A stretch of DNA of 64,000 nt. It comes from Mantamonas sphyraenae STR306 (taxonomy: Eukaryota; Protista; CRuMs). The notes under the pieces were generated by a model that was not told the DNA's origin, did not search any database, and saw nothing but the letters and a program-made list of their open reading frames with translations. The DNA lies in assembly GCA_026936335.1 (NCBI GenBank), contig JAPMXV010000048.1:1-64000 (forward strand), read 5' to 3'. This document shows positions 36,623 through 48,251 of this stretch, in pieces. A program made the position numbers and the translations under genes. How positions within the stretch are numbered: the first letter of the stretch is position 1; every line of letters starts with the position of its first letter.

Positions 36623-37762
36623 TCACACCACCTGCACCTGCACCAGTGCTTGCCTTGTGGGCATCAAGTGGATTTCATAGACCCATTTCTGCGAGAAATA
36701 ATGAAAACAACGCGGCTGAGCCACTGGCACCTCGCTGCACACATCTTCGAGTGCGGTGCGGTACTGGTTGCACCAATGTTTTCGGCGAAAGAAGATGCCC
36801 CAGAGAGTCGGCACAAACACAACCACAGCACCCACGATTAGAACACCCATTCCTGTGTCTAAAAGCGCCAACACCCACCATTCCGTCAGAGAGGCGAACA
36901 GGATGAGGAGCACAGCGAGCACAGCAGCTGCCCCCATCATCCACAATCCAACTCGTGCCACCCGAAGAACACGATTAAGCTCCCCCGTGTGCTCTTCAAC
37001 CACCTCGTTGAACCGTCTGGTTCCATTGTCGATCAGCTCGTCCAGTTCTCGCTTGTCCAGTTCCAGATCGGACGGTGCGTCTGCGAAGATGTCAAATCGT
37101 GACTCTCGATCTTCACCCGCAAACGCGTGCCACAAGCTCACCCACACACCGTCCACCTGCTGGCGAGGTGCATTTGGATGCAGAGGGGTGGGCGTGGATC
37201 CGTCCGAAGTGTGGTGAAAGACAAACGACTGCACATTGTCGGTGCGCTTGGCATCAATGTCCTCAAAGTCCACGCGTAGGTGAGCCCTTGCATATGAGGG
37301 ATTGGCGTTGTGCCGAACGCACAGCTCTCTTGCTGCCTCCACCCAGGCTGACTGGATAAACGACGAAACTACGATAGAGGTAATCAGCAGCAAAATCCCC
37401 AGTCCATACAGACTACCCATCACAACAAACACGGTGGCGTTGCAATCGTCATCCACGAAGAACAAAGGCAAGATGGAGAGCATCCCCAGACACAAGGGAA
37501 CGTACGAAGCTGACACCAAGCGGAGCTGGACACCCCTAAGGTGATGTGTGCGCTGAAAAGCCACCATGGCGTCGTCTATGGGAGCATTGAGATCGTGCAG
37601 ATCAAGGAACTGTGGTTGTGGTTTGTCCAAAAGCGGAAATGAGCAAACTCTGGCAACTGCCGCCAAACTCCATCGCGCCCAAACTCCACCTGCGATGCAC
37701 ACCCCGCTCACTCGCACCAACCGCAAGAGAGTGTGGTCTCTGAGTTCCTGGTCGTTTTGCAT
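36623..37762 (-). CDS. Membrane protein with two similar TM-hairpin halves; 5' structure probably spliced
   Basis: Four hydrophobic segments in two pairs, each pair followed by W..(A/L)..(L/V)C. Confidence 0.55.
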   Translation of the reverse strand: MQNDQELRDHTLLRLVRVSGVCIAGGVWARWSLAAVARVCSFPLLDKPQPQFLDLHDLNAPIDDAMVAFQRTHHLRGVQLRLVSASYVPLCLGMLSILPLFFVDDDCNATVFVVMGSLYGLGILLLITSIVVSSFIQSAWVEAARELCVRHNANPSYARAHLRVDFEDIDAKRTDNVQSFVFHHTSDGSTPTPLHPNAPRQQVDGVWVSLWHAFAGEDRESRFDIFADAPSDLELDKRELDELIDNGTRRFNEVVEEHTGELNRVLRVARVGLWMMGAAAVLAVLLILFASLTEWWVLALLDTGMGVLIVGAVVVFVPTLWGIFFRRKHWCNQYRTALEDVCSEVPVAQPRCFHYFSQKWVYEIHLMPTRQALVQVQVV

Positions 37763-38168
37763 GTGTGTGCTCTCCCTTGCAAAGGCCCATCACAGAGCAA
37801 GAGCGGGTGAAAGTGCTGGTGCAGAAATTGGCTGGAACTCACTTGCGCAAGCTCTGCAGGCACATCGTTCCAGCGCTGGAAGGATGCAAAGCGATCGTTG
37901 GGAGTGCTATGGTGTCTGCTGAACCATGATTTCTGGAACGACATGCAGATTGGAGTGAATTAGTTGGAGCGGCCCGGGGGGGTTCTGGAAGACACTGAGC
38001 CAACAATCAGCACGGCCACTGCATTTGAGGACTTGCGTGTGTTGGATATCCATTTCATGGATGCTGTTACCCGCTGAGTGCCTGTGCCCCTTCAGTGTTC
38101 ATCGCACCGGCACCTGGTTCTCGACGGTTGCTTTTCTACCTCAAAGCACGCATGTGTTGACAATCAGG

Positions 38169-38883
38169 TCAATTACAGCTTGGTTGACAATATTCACAAG
38201 CACATTTGCCCTTGCAGCTCTCTGGACTGGCACACATGGCGGTGGGCTCGGTGCTGAAGCGAAAGTTGATCTGGAAGGGGCTGAAGGGGCCACGTTCGCC
38301 CATGAAGGACAGGAAAGCCATGGCATCGGGCCACTCCTTTTCTACAACGACTCCCCCACCGAATGGTACCAGTGTGCAGGAATCATATAGGCCGTTGGCA
38401 AAGTCTGGGCAGACGGTGAACTCGACGACCTGGACTTGGCCGTCGGCTGCGTGTTGAGTGACCTTGACAAAGTCTTGTTGGAGCGGGTTGCACGTAAAGG
38501 AGCACCAGAGGGTGTGGATGTTGTTAATGCACGATTGGCAGTCGGCAAAGACGTTGTCCACAACGTTTTTGAACTGGTTGTAGATGACTTTGGTCTGGTT
38601 CACGGTGCAGCAGTGGGATTGGTTGAAGGCTCCGCAGTCGACGAGGTTAGAAGTCTGGAAGAGGGTGAGCAGCGTGGAGGCCGGGATAAGGTGAAAAAGA
38701 GGCAGAGAGGGTGAGCATGAGCAGAGGGCGAAGCGTACACGCCGGTAAGACAACAGCAGCAGGACATACATTCAAAGGTGCAGAGTTAGGATACGTGTAG
38801 GGCGGGTTGCCGTGCATGACACAGTTTGCATGGACCATGGTGACAGCGGCCACGAGAAGGACAAAGGGAATGGTCCAGCGCAT
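38169..38883 (-). CDS. Stand-alone secreted Niemann-Pick C1 N-terminal-domain protein (199 aa; exons 38883-38770 and 38654-38169)
   Basis: Signal peptide MRWTIPFVLLVAAVTMVHA. Phase-0 intron GTATGT...TTCCAG. NPC1-NTD-like motifs CQSCINNIHTLWCSFTCNPLQQDF, FANGLYDSC, FLSFMG...SPFQINF, CACEYCQPSC. Confidence 0.85.
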
Positions 38884-39440
38884 GGTTTTGGTTGCGCGGA
38901 GAGGAGCGAGGGTGTTGGGAGCAGTCATGCAAGGTGGATCGTTGGAGGGAGTGAGAGGTAGGGAGATGTGATACGTACAAGATTCGGATTGGAGCTTGCG
39001 GAACAGGCCACACTTTGGTGTATTCGTAGTGACCGAGCATAGTTCGTTTGATGAGACGCTGCAAGGAGACAGAAACCATTCTACCAATGCCCAAGTGATA
39101 GGATAAACACCCGTCAGATGCTCCCGAACGTGCAACAGGCCATTGTCGTGGACGCGTTTCCCACCGTTGCAACTATTTGAATGTTTGGTCTTTTTGAACA
39201 TTTCTGGAATCTCTGGGGAAGTGACGTGGAAAGCAGGGTGCGGCGTGCACGGTTTTTTATGAAGGAACAAGTGGTAGGTGCACAAGGCAGTGGGCTTGGT
39301 TGAGAATTTGGAAGCGCAAACTCATTCCCACGCCACGCGTCACACTGTCCGACTCAACAGCTGGTTGAATTTGTGGCCCTCGTCGTTGATATATGGGCTT
39401 TTGGGAACTGGTTGTATGGTGCTACGGCCCTGGGTAAGCA

Positions 39441-39821
39441 GTGTGTCTAACTACAACCCTCTTGTTCGAAGCTGACACTTCACATCGACTTGTTGCAGCG
39501 AATGCACTCTGTGTCGTCCTGTGCAGTGCTTGTGCTTGTAGTTGCTGTACCAGAGACCCTCGCCAACTATATCGTGCATACCAGCTGAGTGAGTCTGCTG
39601 TATGCGTTTCTGTTCTTTCCAACCTCATCCTCGCTCTGGCGACGATGTTCGAGACCGAGTTTCCGATGCGCCTTCTTATGGCGAGCATCTTCAGTCTGTT
39701 TCGTATCGCTGTCATGGTTCCTATTCTCTCTGGGATGCGTGGGCTGAAGACGCAGATGGAGCTGGAGGAGCAGTTGGATACTGCAGAGCTCGCAGTGCCT
39801 GAGGATGCAGCCAAACTGTGA
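39441..39821 (+). CDS. Small putative membrane protein or last exon of one
   Basis: Hydrophobic segments followed by an acidic tail; start uncertain. Confidence 0.35.
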   Translation: MCLTTTLLFEADTSHRLVAANALCVVLCSACACSCCTRDPRQLYRAYQLSESAVCVSVLSNLILALATMFETEFPMRLLMASIFSLFRIAVMVPILSGMRGLKTQMELEEQLDTAELAVPEDAAKL

Positions 39822-39993
39822 CGACTCGACCCGGAAGACACCTTCAATGAACAATCCGAGACATACCAAAAGTGTACAGCCAACACCTCAGGTGCACAGC
39901 GACGGTAGTCCAGACCCATGGCACAACCACATCCTCCAGGCGCTGGACGACGATGCATAAGAATAGACAGGCATGTCTGCAAAATCATATTCC

Positions 39994-42847
39994 TTACCTC
40001 GCTACCCACGCGCGCGCTTGCTGACACCCCACCGCATTGACAACGAACCAGAGCAGTGGGGCGTAGGTTTGGTGCACGGCGTCCCACCCGATCCTCTGAA
40101 CCACCTCACCCGCCTCCCTATGGACCATATCACCCTCCACCAGCCGATTGCATGCCATCAACCACCCCTTGAGCGTTCTCTTGCACCCATTCGGCAGGTC
40201 TGCCCACTTTGGTTCCCCCGCTCGTTCCAGCCACCACGCATAGTCCTTGAGGTCTTCTTCATCGTTCTCCTCGTTCCTCAGCTCCTCCACCGGAAACCCA
40301 GCAGCACGAAGCCTATTGCGCACATACCCAAACACGACCTTTTGCTCCCAGCTGAGCCCGTTCTCCTCGACCGCCCACAGATCCGTCTTGACTGCCCGAT
40401 TGAACACGCAGTTGCCCAGGGGATGCAACGCCATGGCACCCTCGTGAGTGACCTGTGCCCCCGGAAAGGATTTGGCTTGTTTGATGTCTTTGATAGCCTG
40501 GTTGATGTCATCGTCACCTCCCAGCTCGACCAAGTCTGACTCACCCCCTCCATACTGCACTCCGACACAGCGCTTGACGGTCACTCTGCCCACCAGCATG
40601 TCCATCTTTGCCGCAAAGTCATCCTTGGTGTTGATTCGAGCCAGCTCGAGCAAATCACCGTACGCGCGGTAGGAAACACCCTCGTGGATCAGCGTCAGCG
40701 CACCGAGTCGGTGAAACTCGAGAAAAAGAGGGTACTCCTCCACGGGCAGCCACAGGTGCACAAACTGCAAAATGACGGCTTTGTGGTTTGTGATGTGTCG
40801 GCGGTTGTCCTCGTCCATGTAAACGATATCGCGGGCCACGTTCTGGGCCAGCAGACGAAAAGGCGACTGTGGGTTGGAATTGGGCGCAGCCAGAGAATGA
40901 ACCATGCTGCACAGCTCTGTCCAAAAACCCATACAGTGCCACATGGCCTCCATGAGCAACTGCACCGCAGAGATGTGGGCGTCCAGACGATCGACTGCTG
41001 AGCTCGACGACGACGACGACGACGATGAGACCATGGCAAAGGACGGCGACCCCTTGGTGCGCTTGCCAAACCCAGTGGCGTACAGCTGCTTGATCTGGGG
41101 TGTCTTGAACCCCAAGACGAAACGCCGAATCATCTGGACCGGACTTCCCGCCACGGTGTTGTGCCTCGCAGTGTCTCCCTTGTAGTGCGTACAGACATGA
41201 TTAAACGACATGTGACGAATCATCCGTGCCATATCGTCAGCGCCCCATTGGTCGATGAAGCGCATGTGCAAATCAGAAAACTCGAGTGACTCGGAACTTT
41301 CGCCACGTTGTTCTCGTTCCGATGCCTGTCCCGATCGACGACTCCCTCGTCTGCCACCTCCCTCAGAATCATCGTACTGTGTCTCGTCTCCTCCTCCCGC
41401 CACCCCTTGACCACGCGCCAACCTCTGCTTGATGACAAACTCGGCCAGGCTGTACGTCGTGTTCAATCCCAGGGCTTTGGTGGCTACGCGTCGCAGGGGT
41501 GTTTCTGATGGAGCTACACACTCTGTGCGCAAGTACAGGCCCAACACTGTATCCAGGTTGTCCGTTTTGGCCACCATGTCGCGCCATTGAGCCTCGGGCA
41601 CTGCCTGCAGCTCCTCCTCGGTTGCACCCAGCACAAACACGCACCAGAGGTCTTTTAGGTTGCTCATAGCGTACGGGTTTGTCGTGGTGTACCATTCGTA
41701 GTGCCAGATGTCCACCGCTTGTTCTTGTCCGATGGCGAAGCGCCACACTTCGTCTCGGTCAATGGACACTGGAGCCAGTTGCTTGAGCAAGTCCACTGTA
41801 CCTTTTGTTGCCTCTGCGTGGACCTGGCTGTCCTGACGACCGGCCGCTGTCCTCCAACGCTGTCGATCTGCGTTCAGCGCCTTTTTGATCTCGGCAAACC
41901 GCTGACGAACTCGCTCAAAGGGAGATTCCTCTCCCGTGGCTCTTCTTTGCCTGATGTGTGCAATCCGTGCTCTCACTTCCACATCCTCGTCGCCCCCGTC
42001 GTCCTCATCAACGTCGGACAAGGCGTCCAAAGGGCTCACCTCGTCCAGAGTCTCTGCAGCGTCAGAGCTCAGGTTTGGCTCGCTTGCTGGCTCTGTACCC
42101 AAAAGCATCCGCGTCAGGCCTTTATACCGCTGCCCCCTACCCCTTTTGGGCAGAACTTACCGACCGCCATGGAGCCTGCGCTTGTTTGCGAGGGGGTCAC
42201 GTCCCCTTCCTCCTCCTCCTCATCCTCTACGGTGAACACAGTGGGAGACGTAACACCTCTACCCTCCTCCTGTGATCCAGTTGTAGAAGGTGTCTGTACC
42301 GACGAGTGCTGGACGGCGCCCCCTTTGTCTCCACCGCCGTCGCTCTTCGCCATCTCCTCAACGTCCATCGTGCTCGCCGACACCTCTTCCCCTGCTTCCT
42401 CAACTGCCTGTTCGGTGAGCGCATCATGTGTTGCACCAGTCTGGGTATCGTCCTGACTCACAGCAACGGTAGGTGTGCCTTTGTGCGACCAGGTGTCAGC
42501 GTCGACGCCCGAAAACAAAGGGTGATCAGCACAAAACGCAACCCACTTTCGACCACTTCTTCCTGCTCTTCCTGCTCTTCCTCTCCCTCTCCCCCCAACG
42601 TTGTTGACTCCACACGCTGCCGCTTCTCTGCATGTGTTTCATGCGATGTGCGAGTGCGCGAGCTCGTCTGCGTCTCGCTGCTTGCGCTGCTTGCACTGGA
42701 GCCGTCTGAGCTGGTCGAGAGGGTCCGCTTGCGTTGGAGCCGCGTGACTCTTTGCAAAGGTGAGGCGACGGTGACCTCTCCGTTGAACGAGTCCATGCCC
42801 AAACTCTCTGACGACTCTATGGTTGACACGGTGTCACGCACAGACAT
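39994..42847 (-). CDS. Second copy of the three-exon orphan protein (ends VAR* instead of VAG*)
   Basis: Mirror of 24655-27508; the last codons lie outside the identical arm. Confidence 0.75.
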
Positions 42848-43235
42848 TGTCGGTTTGCTTGGACGCTCGCGGCCTGGCAAAACACCAAAATTGCGCCATT
42901 TTGTTCGCCAGATCCCACCCCACCCAAACAAGCCAAGAGACAACAACCTGGGCCCATTGGTTCAAGTGACCAGTGTTTTAGTACTCTGCATCTATCTGGC
43001 ACTGTTTCTGGACACCCTCCTATCCAGGCATCCTCGCTCGAGCGATCGGTGAACAAGATCTCTGTGTCCGTGGGTGGATCGATGAACACTGCCAACTTCA
43101 TCCAAACAGGCAGTCCCGAACTCACCCGGATTTGTGCAAACTTCTCCCCAACCAGGGTGCCTGTTTCGTCTGAGCAAGCCGTGCAAGAGACGGTTTCGTT
43201 TGTACGCAAACCCCCCATTTCGCTCAAACACTGAC

Positions 43236-44849
43236 ATGTCGCCCTCCCAAGTAGCAAGTAGCACTGTGCGCCTCATCCGCCAACTCATGTCCCATGCCAA
43301 ACGCCGCAGGGGGTCGACATCTACTCCTACCTCACCTGCCATCAAACGGCAGCGTGTCGAGTACCTACCCGAGCTGACGCGTGGTGTGAACTCACTCCGC
43401 GCGCGCGCGTACCAAAAGCGCGAGTTCTTGGCAGGCACCTTGTATGTCGGACACCTTGTGACGTCGTTGGTGACCCTCGCTGTGCATGGACACCTGAGCA
43501 TAGACGCAGTGTGCAGCCACCTTGCACGTTTCGCATGGTCGCGCGTGTCCAACACAACTGCAGCACTTGCCACCCTCCTCGACACCCACGATGACCTTGC
43601 TCGGCTCTCTGCGACCCACTCTATCCCTTTACTATCCAGCAAGTCTGCAGCAGAGATGTTTGTGGCGTGTTGGGTGTACGGAGGCGTCAGACTGGCTCCG
43701 TTTCCCTGCTTGGCCTCGCCTGCCGCGTTGACTTGGTTTCTAGCCTGGTTGCAAGACCGTGTGGGAGCCGCCCGTGCCCGTCAAATCACCCTCCGACTCA
43801 GAATTGTGTATGACGCTCTACGTGAAGAAGGGGTGGATGTGTTTACGTGCCAGACGCAGGTGCTGGGCCTGCTGGAAGAGCCAACAATTGTCCCGCTCCG
43901 CACCGCACAGTGCAGTGAGGACGACAGCGACACGACGTGGTTGGGTGTGTGCCAGTCGGTGAGGAAACACCTGGCACTGGCCTACACACGAACAAAGGGA
44001 CTGCATGTGTTGGCAGCACACGCACTCGTCCAAGGGACAACGCTGATGCCGTACCGAGGGCACGTGTTGTCCGACGAGCAGGTGGCTGCGCTGGACGATG
44101 ATGAACAAGTATCAAAGAACCAAGACAAACCGCTGCTGCTGCTCACATTGAGAGAGAGCGGCGATGTGGTCCGTCCAGTTCCGGGTTTGGCTCCGTTCCT
44201 GAACAGCAGCGCAGCCCCCAACTGCGCGATGATCGAGCAGGACGGCGAAGGGTGGCTAGTGACACAGCGCGACATCGCTGCTGGCGAAGAGTTGACCTGG
44301 GACTACTGCGAGGGCGACACGTCTGGCGAACAGGACATCGGGGACGCCCCTCACACTCAACGGCTGGAGCAGGTCCACCTGACTCGCTTGGGATCCTACG
44401 TGACACTTCAACTGGCTGCATTGTACGAAAGCCGCATGGCCAAGCGATTGCTGGTGGTGAGTTCCAAAACACACGTTCGTTTGTTTGAATCGCTGGCCTG
44501 CTTCCTCACCAAGCGGTATGAGGGGCACTGCTGCGTACTCTCCACCGCCGCCGAGCTTCTGAAGGAATCTGAGACATCAACCGCCATTGCCGCCCCAACG
44601 ATGTACCTCGTGTGTGCACACGCACCCAAAGGACGTGTCAACTACACCCAAGTCGTCACGGCAGCAATGGGCCTGACGTACAAGGGGATTGTGTGTCTGG
44701 TGGTACACAGCCTCACGCCACAGTGCCATTTTTACTCGGATCTTGGCTCCCCACACGACACGGTGGGCTCACGCAGGGTGTGGGAACTGGAAGTTCACTC
44801 GACCACACGGACCACAGCACATCTTCACACAATGACGAGCGACAGGTGA
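43236..44849 (+). CDS. SET-domain (lysine methyltransferase fold) protein, intact
   Basis: KGLHVLAAHALVQGTTLMPYRG ... APFLNSSAAPNC ... LVTQRDIAAGEELTWDY match the SET motifs GxG..A...I..G, RFxNHSCxPN and RDIxxGEELxxDY. Confidence 0.82.
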   Translation: MSPSQVASSTVRLIRQLMSHAKRRRGSTSTPTSPAIKRQRVEYLPELTRGVNSLRARAYQKREFLAGTLYVGHLVTSLVTLAVHGHLSIDAVCSHLARFAWSRVSNTTAALATLLDTHDDLARLSATHSIPLLSSKSAAEMFVACWVYGGVRLAPFPCLASPAALTWFLAWLQDRVGAARARQITLRLRIVYDALREEGVDVFTCQTQVLGLLEEPTIVPLRTAQCSEDDSDTTWLGVCQSVRKHLALAYTRTKGLHVLAAHALVQGTTLMPYRGHVLSDEQVAALDDDEQVSKNQDKPLLLLTLRESGDVVRPVPGLAPFLNSSAAPNCAMIEQDGEGWLVTQRDIAAGEELTWDYCEGDTSGEQDIGDAPHTQRLEQVHLTRLGSYVTLQLAALYESRMAKRLLVVSSKTHVRLFESLACFLTKRYEGHCCVLSTAAELLKESETSTAIAAPTMYLVCAHAPKGRVNYTQVVTAAMGLTYKGIVCLVVHSLTPQCHFYSDLGSPHDTVGSRRVWELEVHSTTRTTAHLHTMTSDR

Positions 44850-44898
44850 GGGACCAGCAGCGCTTGTGCATGCAACACAACAACGGTGGTATTTCAAG

Positions 44899-45816
44899 AT
44901 GTCGCGGCAAGGCTCACACGGCAAGCGCGACCTGGACGATGCAGAAGCAACGCAAGATCAGCCGTCCGCACACGCCCAGGAAAGACAGCCTCTCAAGCGC
45001 TCGCGTGTGCAGGATGAACCCATCTTTCAGTTCATCCTGGATGACCAGATGGAGCACCTGGTGGAGTACCTGAGCAATCCGGGAGTGGATGAGGAAACAC
45101 GGGAGGAGCTCATGAACCACATGTACACCGTGGTACCACGCCCTCCTGCATTCCATTGCACGTTTGCGTCTCGCTCACGACATACTTGGACTATCTCACC
45201 TGAACGAGAGATGGTGTGGAGCCACACAGAGCCGCGTGAACGCGTAAAGTCGTTCGTCAGACGCATCCTCGATTTTGGCGCCATCACGCAAGCCAACCAA
45301 GACGGCGCAGGGCTTCTTCTCCAGGAGATGGCGGCTTTTGCTCGAAGCAACGCACCGCGCCCGTGCACATGGGAAGGTGTATCGGACACACTTTGCGTGG
45401 CAGCCGAAACGTCCAGCCTCGACACGATGGATGTGGAGGTTGTCGTGACGCCAACGGTGGATGAAACGCTGCAAGGATGGCTGGCTGTGTCCCTGTCTAC
45501 CGCGATCACAGTGCATGAAGGGACGTCGGCAATCGATCTGATGCGTGCTCTTCTGCAGGAGGTGGTGTCGGTTGGAATTGTGGTCGCCTCGGATCAACTG
45601 GGTCGTGTGATGGCGACACATCTGGCCAAGATAGAGTTTGTGGACACACAGGTTCTGCAGGAAGTGGTAAACATTGCGCTGACGCACACGGAGGCTGTGC
45701 AGAAGTCAACGGCGTACACGCTGCACATCAACCTGGTGATGAGTCTGTGGGATGAGCTGGTCCAAGAGTGTACACAGAGTGCGCACGAATCCATCTCAGT
45801 GTCCAAGGACCCATGA
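44899..45816 (+). CDS. Second copy of the ~305-aa orphan protein
   Basis: Mirror of 21685-22602. Confidence 0.6.
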   Translation: MSRQGSHGKRDLDDAEATQDQPSAHAQERQPLKRSRVQDEPIFQFILDDQMEHLVEYLSNPGVDEETREELMNHMYTVVPRPPAFHCTFASRSRHTWTISPEREMVWSHTEPRERVKSFVRRILDFGAITQANQDGAGLLLQEMAAFARSNAPRPCTWEGVSDTLCVAAETSSLDTMDVEVVVTPTVDETLQGWLAVSLSTAITVHEGTSAIDLMRALLQEVVSVGIVVASDQLGRVMATHLAKIEFVDTQVLQEVVNIALTHTEAVQKSTAYTLHINLVMSLWDELVQECTQSAHESISVSKDP

Positions 45817-46829
45817 TCGGCAGCATGGCTGACGAAGTTTCTTTCGAAAGGTGTTCCTCGTGGTGTTTGAACACAATTCTACGATTTTATCCAAATGCAC
45901 GAGTCTGCCCACCCATTGATTTGGAGGAAGAAATGGCCACACCCAAACCCCGTTTTCGATGGTGATTCTGCCTTGTATGGGCTGTGCTCACCCTCTCAAT
46001 CCATAGAAAGCACATGCCATGAGAGCACAGTGGGCTGATCGTGTGCGAGGAACGACACACCTGAGAAACGCAACAAGAACTACAGCACAACTCACCGGTT
46101 CCATCGGAGCCATCAAACACCAAACATATGGCGAGATGTCTGCGTTGAAGCCACCCGTAGCGACAGTCACCCTTTGGGGTGACCAATTTCCCGACCTCAA
46201 AAAATGAAGCGCCCACGTCACCAGCAACACTTTGGGACCACATTGCATGGTGTTCCGCAACCGCACCTTCTCCGTTGACATGTACTCGGCCGATGCGTGT
46301 TGTGATGGGAAACTCACCACTCACCTCACTCCGGCCTGTGTTTAGTGTGTCCAGCCCGCTGGCAGAGATTCGAATGCACGCAGCAGCAGAAATTGTGAAG
46401 CCAGCCAGCTCACAGGTTCAATAGTGTGTAGGTGCAGAAACGACGTTGCTGGAAGTGTTTGCACCGATGGATATCCGTCTCGGATGCGTCACCAAGTTGC
46501 AACGCCGCTTGGGAGCATTTGGTGAACAACACCGGGTCAACCTCTCGCTCTGTACTGGCTGACTCTTCGAACCGTCTGCTAGGAGACCAAATGGAGATAT
46601 CAACCACTCCCAGCGTGTTTAACAGTGCAGAACGAGCATACGCCAACCTGGAAAGAGGGTAAAACCAGCTTGACGGGATCGAAAGACCACAGCGCTGTGG
46701 CCACAGCGACGGTCCAACGTGGTTATCGGTGAGAGAATACCAGATCACTGCATACTATGCCATGTATCCACATGCATGTTGATTGGCCTCAGTGCGCCGG
46801 GTTGGGCAATTTTCAAAACACCGCGCACG

Positions 46830-48251
46830 ATGACCAAGGCATCTCTACTCTCTATCGTGTCTCTGGCAGCGACTCTCATCCTACTTGCTGGACCATCCCG
46901 TCAGACAGTGACAAACGCTCAATGGGGCGGACCTGAGGACGACTACGCTCGTTGTGTGAACGAAGCAAGCGACGGAAGCGTGTTCATCTCGGGCTGGACC
47001 AAAAGCAGCCTGGATGGCTACACAAATGCTGGCGACGCCGACTTTTACGTGACACGCATGTTCCGTAACGGGACACGTGTGTGGAGCAGGCAGTGGGGCA
47101 CTGACAGAGAAGATGAGCTCGTCAGTGCAGTGGTAGATTCGCAAGACAACCTGTATGTGTTTGGCCAAACACGAGGCTCCTTGCCTGGCTTCACGCTAAA
47201 AGGCGATCGAGACTTGGTGGTGAGCAAGCTCTCTCCGACGGGCACCATTCTGTGGAACAAGCAGTTCGGAGTCGAAGCAACGGACTACGCAGACGTCGCA
47301 GCGATGGACGCCTCGGGCAACATCTACGTTGCTGGCAGCGTGTTTGGTTCGTTCATGAACATGACAAGTGGCAATCCTAACCTGCAAGACGTGTTGGTGG
47401 TGAAACTGGACCAGAACGGGGAGATCCTGTGGTCCAGGCAGTTCTACAGCACCCCCTACATGGGCAACAGCCAGAGTGAGAGCGTGTGGACGATGGAGAT
47501 CATCAACAACGCAATCTACGTAGGCGGACGCACCAGCGGAGACATCACGAACCAGAACAGAACGTACAGCAACGCCAACCACGGCTTTCTGATGAAGCTT
47601 GACCCGCAAGGCAACCGCGAGTGGGTGTGGCAGAGCAACTACACGACACCTGTACTTCCCAGAGGCATGGTGCTTCTCTCGGATGGTCTGTTGTACACGA
47701 TTGGCAACCAGGGCAGTCCCGTGTCCAAACCCTTGTTGATGCGCCACCACACGAATGGCACGTTTGTGTCATCCACTCAAGTGAACGGGGTCATCCAAGC
47801 AGACACTAACCTGGTTGCCCACCATGGCAAGCTGTACTATGCAGGAACCATCCCAGACAACAACCTTCCCTTCAAACGCGCGCTGATCGAGATGGATCCC
47901 AACGGGACCGTGATCTTGGCATCCCGATGGGACACTACACCGACTCCTTACAACACTCGATTCCTGTCCGACGGGGCGCTGATGGTGACAGGCAAGGTGG
48001 ATCAGTTCATTGCAGTTGGATTCCAGAGCGCTGGCAAAAGCGACATGTTTACGACTGAGTATGCGCCCAGTCCCAGTCCGTCCGCATCTCCGACTCCTGG
48101 TGCATCTGCCACACCGACCCCGACGCCCACAGCCACAACCTCTCCCAGTGCGAGCGCTTCGTCCCAGAATGCGAGTGGCCCAACGGCCGGTGCGCTGCTC
48201 GTCATGCTGATGGCCTCTGCGGCGCTTGCCCACATGCAAGGCACGTGGTAA
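46830..48251 (+). CDS. SBBP-repeat beta-propeller surface protein 2, intact; signal peptide, PS/PT stalk, GPI-like tail
   Basis: MTKASLLSIVSLAATLILLAG signal. Repeats WSRQWGTDREDELVSAVVDSQDNLYVFGQT and WNKQFGVEATDYADVAAMDASGNIYVAG. Tail NASGPTAGALLVMLMASAALA. Confidence 0.85.
   Translation: MTKASLLSIVSLAATLILLAGPSRQTVTNAQWGGPEDDYARCVNEASDGSVFISGWTKSSLDGYTNAGDADFYVTRMFRNGTRVWSRQWGTDREDELVSAVVDSQDNLYVFGQTRGSLPGFTLKGDRDLVVSKLSPTGTILWNKQFGVEATDYADVAAMDASGNIYVAGSVFGSFMNMTSGNPNLQDVLVVKLDQNGEILWSRQFYSTPYMGNSQSESVWTMEIINNAIYVGGRTSGDITNQNRTYSNANHGFLMKLDPQGNREWVWQSNYTTPVLPRGMVLLSDGLLYTIGNQGSPVSKPLLMRHHTNGTFVSSTQVNGVIQADTNLVAHHGKLYYAGTIPDNNLPFKRALIEMDPNGTVILASRWDTTPTPYNTRFLSDGALMVTGKVDQFIAVGFQSAGKSDMFTTEYAPSPSPSASPTPGASATPTPTPTATTSPSASASSQNASGPTAGALLVMLMASAALAHMQGTW

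Noticed and set aside
27502-40000. Simple fold-back (hairpin) read artefact
   Set aside because: A plain fold-back would have little or no spacer, whereas here 12.5 kb of unique genic sequence separates the arms. A template-switch chimera is still possible and is kept as an alternative.
44840-44900. Splicing of the SET gene (AG|GTGAGG) into the downstream 305-aa ORF
   Set aside because: The donor is phase 2, but the nearby acceptors give phase 0 or 1 for that ORF.
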